Positions 28,990 to 32,000 of a DNA stretch of 32,000 bases are shown here, piece after piece. Position 1 is the first letter of the stretch, and each line of letters begins with the position of its first letter. Location: contig NZ_CP066018.1 of NCBI RefSeq assembly GCF_016127575.1, positions 2,040,001-2,072,000 of the forward strand, written 5' to 3'. A program made the translations under genes and the position numbers. The notes below the pieces were generated by a model, which saw only the letters and a program-made list of their open reading frames with translations, was not told the origin of the DNA and searched no databases. The DNA comes from Cupriavidus necator (lineage in GTDB: Bacteria > Pseudomonadota > Gammaproteobacteria > Burkholderiales > Burkholderiaceae).

Positions 28990-29603
28990 GCAAGCCCGAG
29001 CACCGCTATCTGCCAGAGGCCGACGGCTGGGTCCCCGCCGCGCGCCGCGTGCCGTCACCAAACTTTGACGAGCGCCCGGCCGGCATGCCGGTGGACCTGG
29101 TGGTGCTGCACAACATCAGCCTGCCGCCCGGCCAGTTCGGCAGCGGCGACATCGAGGCCTTCTTCCAGAACCGGCTCGATCCCAACAAGCACCCGTACTT
29201 TGCCACCATCCACCAGGTGCAGGTGTCCGCGCACTTCCTGGTCACGCGCGAGGGGGAGCTGGTGCAGTTTGTCCCGTGCACGCAGCGGGCCTGGCACGCC
29301 GGACAGTCCGACTTCTTCGGCCGCGCCCGCTGCAACGATTTCTCCATCGGCATCGAGATCGAGGGCTGCGACGACCTGCCGTTCACCCTGGCCCAGTACG
29401 ACACCGTGGCCGCGCTGGTGCCGGCGCTGCTGGCCGCCTACCCGGTGCGCGCGATTGCTGGGCACAGCGACATCGCCCCGGGGCGCAAGACCGATCCCGG
29501 CCCGCATTTCGACTGGGCGCGCTTCGCCAGGCAGGCAGGCGTGGCGCCGGGCATGTTGCCCTACCAGTGCCCTGGCGCGGCTGGCCAGGTGACGAATCCT
29601 TAA
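28986..29603 (+). CDS. ampD: 1,6-anhydro-N-acetylmuramyl-L-alanine amidase AmpD
   Basis: MSKPEHRYLPEADGWVPAARRVPSPNFDERP...; amidase_2 signature regions HNISLPPG, HFLV, AWHAG, GHSDIAPGRKTDPGP. ATGA overlap with the regulator's stop. Confidence 0.88.
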
Positions 29604-29610
29604 CCTCATT

Positions 29611-29662
29611 CCCCATCCCCGTGCGCCCCGTTCCGGCGCACATGCCCTACCTCGGGGTGGGG
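29611..29662 (+). terminator. Nested GC-rich stem-loop after ampD (candidate terminator without a U-tract)
   Basis: Outer stem CCCCATCCCC/GGGGTGGGG encloses inner stem GTGCGCC-CCGTTCC-GGCGCAC. It starts 8 nt after the ampD stop. Confidence 0.35.
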
Positions 29663-29827
29663 CTATCGCAACCTCGCAACAATCAAAAAAATTTTTGTGA
29701 AATGTGCAGTTGCGAACGGTCTGGCGAAAACCCTTGCGAGTATTAGGCTTGCGGGCATGTGGCGCTGCCGCATCGGCGCAACCGCCCCCGAAATAGCGCT
29801 TGTCAAGACTGGTCATTCGGATTCGTT

Positions 29828-29874
29828 TCACTATACTTAGCCCAGTTTCACGCGTCACACACTATATCTAGTAG
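29828..29874 (+). promoter_or_regulatory. Tandem NrdR boxes (nrdA operator)
   Basis: Box 1 TCACTATACTTAGCCC (29828-29843) and box 2 ACACTATATCTAGTAG (29859-29874), compared with the NrdR consensus acaCwAtATaTwGtgt. The box starts are 31 bp apart, the typical tandem spacing. They lie in an AT-rich patch upstream of nrdA. Confidence 0.6.
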
Positions 29875-29963
29875 TCAAACCGGGGAGCCGGCCCCAAGGG
29901 TGAGTCAGGGATCACGAAGTTCGTGCATCGTCTCGAAACCGCCCGCTAAGGCCAGCGAATCAC

Positions 29964-30075
29964 AAGAGTCCCTGGCGAAATGTTCACGTAAAGGCAGTCT
30001 GTCCGCCCCCGACCTCACGCCGGGAGGGACGTTCTTTTCGCCGCATTTCGCCAGGGACTCTTTTGTCTCTTATTT
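29964..30075 (+). promoter_or_regulatory. Long rod-like hairpin plus U-rich tail in the nrdA leader (putative attenuator or processing site)
   Basis: Perfect 19-nt inverted repeat AAGAGTCCCTGGCGAAATG (29964-29982) / CATTTCGCCAGGGACTCTT (30044-30062). The 61-nt interior is itself largely self-complementary (GTCC-GCCC-CCG / CGG-GAGG-GAC). It is followed by TTGTCTCTTATTT. The SD AGGAG is at 30089 and the ATG at 30099. Confidence 0.4.
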
Positions 30076-30098
30076 CCAGGGTAAAAACAGGAGTTCTC

Positions 30099-32000
30099 AT
30101 GCAAACGGCCCAGAACGAAATCACCACGGGTGGCGCCGCCGCCGGTATTGCACCGACCGCGCAGCAGACCCCCGCCAACGCCGCCAATACGAACTACCCG
30201 GATCACAAGATCATTCGACGCAACGGCGCCGTGGTGGCTTTCGAGCCGTCCAAGATCGCCGTTGCCATGACCAAGGCCTTCCTCGCCGTGAACGGCGGGC
30301 AGGGCGCCGCGTCCGCGCGTGTGCGCGAGATCGTCGAGCAACTGACTGACAACGTCGTGCGCGCACTGGTGCGCAGCCGCCCCAACGGCGGCGCCATCCA
30401 TATCGAAGACGTGCAGGACCACGTGGAACTGGCGCTGATGCGCTCGGGCGAGCATGAAGTGGCCCGCGCCTACGTGCTGTACCGCGAGAAGCGCAAGGAC
30501 GAGCGCGCCCAGGCCAACGCCCAGGCCGTGGCCCGCGTGCAGGAAGGCGGCATCTCGGTCAACGTGACCGATGGCGGCGTCACCCACGTGCTGGACATCG
30601 CCGCGCTGCATGACCTGATCGACAACGCCTGCAGCGGCCTTGGCAACGCAGTGAGCGCCGAGCCGATCCTGAAGGAAACCCTGAAGAACCTGTACGACGG
30701 CGTGCCGATGACGCAGGTGTACGACTCCGCCATCCTGGCCGCGCGTACCCTGATCGAAAAGGACCCGGACTATAGCCAGGTCACCGCCCGTATCCTGCTG
30801 CACACGATCCGCAAGGAAATCCTGGGCACCGAAGTGACGCAGGCCGAAATGAGCACGCGTTACGCCGAGTACTTCCCCAAGTTCATCGCCCGCGGCATCG
30901 AAGCCGAGCTGCTGGACGAGCAACTGGCCACCTTCGACCTGGCCCGCCTGGGCGCCGCGCTGGACGCCGGCCGCGACTTCCAGTTCAACTACCTGGGCCT
31001 GCAGACCCTGTACGACCGCTACTTCCTGCATATCGATGAAACCCGCATCGAAATGCCGCAGGCCTTCTTCATGCGCGTGGCCATGGGCCTGGCGCTGAAC
31101 GAGAAGGACCGTGAAGCGCGCGCCATCGAGTTCTACCAGCTGCTGTCGTCGTTCGACTTCATGTCGTCCACGCCGACCCTGTTCAACTCCGGCACCCGCC
31201 GCTCGCAGCTGTCGTCGTGCTACCTGACCACCGTCTCCGACGACCTGGAAGGCATCTACGAAGCGCTGAAGGAAAACGCGCTGCTGTCCAAGTTCGCCGG
31301 CGGCCTGGGCAATGACTGGACCAACGTGCGCGCGCTCGGCTCGCACATCAAGGGCACCAACGGCAAGTCGCAAGGCGTGGTCCCGTTCCTGAAGGTGGTG
31401 AACGACACCGCCGTCGCCGTGAACCAGGGCGGCAAGCGCAAGGGCGCCGTCTGCGCCTACCTGGAAACGTGGCACCTGGACATCGAAGAATTCCTGGAAC
31501 TGCGCAAGAACACCGGCGACGACCGCCGCCGCACCCACGACATGAACACGGCCAACTGGATCCCGGACCTGTTCATGAAGCGCGTGATGGAAGGCGGCGA
31601 ATGGACCCTGTTCTCGCCCGCCACCTGCCCGGACCTGCACGACAAGGTCGGCAAGGAATTCGAGAAGGCCTACCTGGGCTACGAAGCCAAGGCCGCCAGC
31701 GGCGAACTGAAGCTGTTCAAGAAGCTGCCGGCGCTGCAACTGTGGCGCAAGATGCTGGGCATGCTGTTCGAGACCGGCCACCCGTGGATCACCTTCAAGG
31801 ATCCGTGCAACATCCGCAGCCCGCAGCAGCACGTGGGCGTGGTGCACAGCTCCAACCTGTGCACGGAAATCACGCTCAACACCAATGAGAGCGAGATCGC
31901 CGTCTGCAACCTGGGCTCGGTCAACCTGGTCGCACACATGGCCAAGCAGGCCGACGGCACCTACGCGCTGGATCACGCCAAGCTGCAGAAGACCGTGCGC
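30099..32000 (+). CDS. nrdA: Ribonucleoside-diphosphate reductase class Ia alpha subunit NrdA (3' end beyond window)
   Basis: Not in the ORF track because it has no stop in the window. The frame is open from ATG 30099 to 32000 (634 codons). Encodes MQTAQNEITT...KIIRRNGAVVAFEPSKI (ATP-cone) and conserved GAVCAYLETWHLDIEEFLELRKNTGDDRRRTHDMNTANWIPDLFMKRV and SSNLCTEITLNT. Confidence 0.93.
   Translation, partial: MQTAQNEITTGGAAAGIAPTAQQTPANAANTNYPDHKIIRRNGAVVAFEPSKIAVAMTKAFLAVNGGQGAASARVREIVEQLTDNVVRALVRSRPNGGAIHIEDVQDHVELALMRSGEHEVARAYVLYREKRKDERAQANAQAVARVQEGGISVNVTDGGVTHVLDIAALHDLIDNACSGLGNAVSAEPILKETLKNLYDGVPMTQVYDSAILAARTLIEKDPDYSQVTARILLHTIRKEILGTEVTQAEMSTRYAEYFPKFIARGIEAELLDEQLATFDLARLGAALDAGRDFQFNYLGLQTLYDRYFLHIDETRIEMPQAFFMRVAMGLALNEKDREARAIEFYQLLSSFDFMSSTPTLFNSGTRRSQLSSCYLTTVSDDLEGIYEALKENALLSKFAGGLGNDWTNVRALGSHIKGTNGKSQGVVPFLKVVNDTAVAVNQGGKRKGAVCAYLETWHLDIEEFLELRKNTGDDRRRTHDMNTANWIPDLFMKRVMEGGEWTLFSPATCPDLHDKVGKEFEKAYLGYEAKAASGELKLFKKLPALQLWRKMLGMLFETGHPWITFKDPCNIRSPQQHVGVVHSSNLCTEITLNTNESEIAVCNLGSVNLVAHMAKQADGTYALDHAKLQKTVR

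Noticed and set aside
29880-30098. Cobalamin (B12) riboswitch upstream of nrdA, as occurs upstream of some RNR operons.
   Set aside because: I could not find the B12-box or the conserved GCCACTG-type core by eye, and the fold is a simple rod rather than a multi-junction aptamer. A cmscan would be decisive.

Overview
High-GC, strongly GC3-skewed betaproteobacterial chromosome segment. Gene content and protein sequences look like Cupriavidus/Ralstonia (Burkholderiaceae); that assignment is inferred, not searched. It is a densely packed, mostly core-genome region. Gene order: argJ (5'-truncated), DUF815 ATPase, mutT; an OPT transporter; yacG-zapD-coaE-pilD-pilC-pilB on the minus strand; a small orphan HTH gene; tRNA-Pro(CGG); ispB; rplU-rpmA-obgE-proB; a CNP1-like lipoprotein and rppH (minus); proS, a lytic transglycosylase and a P4H-like 2OG oxygenase; a LysE exporter; hpt; ffh; a ypjD-like gene; PP0621, a PilS-like kinase, a PilR-like sigma-54 regulator and ampD; then about 1.9 kb of nrdA running off the window, preceded by tandem NrdR boxes. 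I see no CRISPR array, rRNA, transposase, integrase or low-GC island. Most other long ORFs in the six-frame track are antisense or out-of-frame artefacts of the GC bias. I do not see a convincing novel multi-gene system. The best second-look candidates are: (1) a 99-nt rod-like hairpin with a U-rich tail in the nrdA leader; (2) the excisionase-type HTH gene, with a coupled 22-codon upstream ORF, wedged between pilB and the 3' end of tRNA-Pro where a pilin gene might be expected; (3) the translationally coupled PP0621/PilS-like/PilR-like/ampD operon; (4) the proS/transglycosylase/prolyl-hydroxylase-like cluster; (5) a candidate leaderless 31-codon membrane micro-ORF in the ispB-rplU spacer. All functional calls rest on motif recognition by eye. 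No database search was run.
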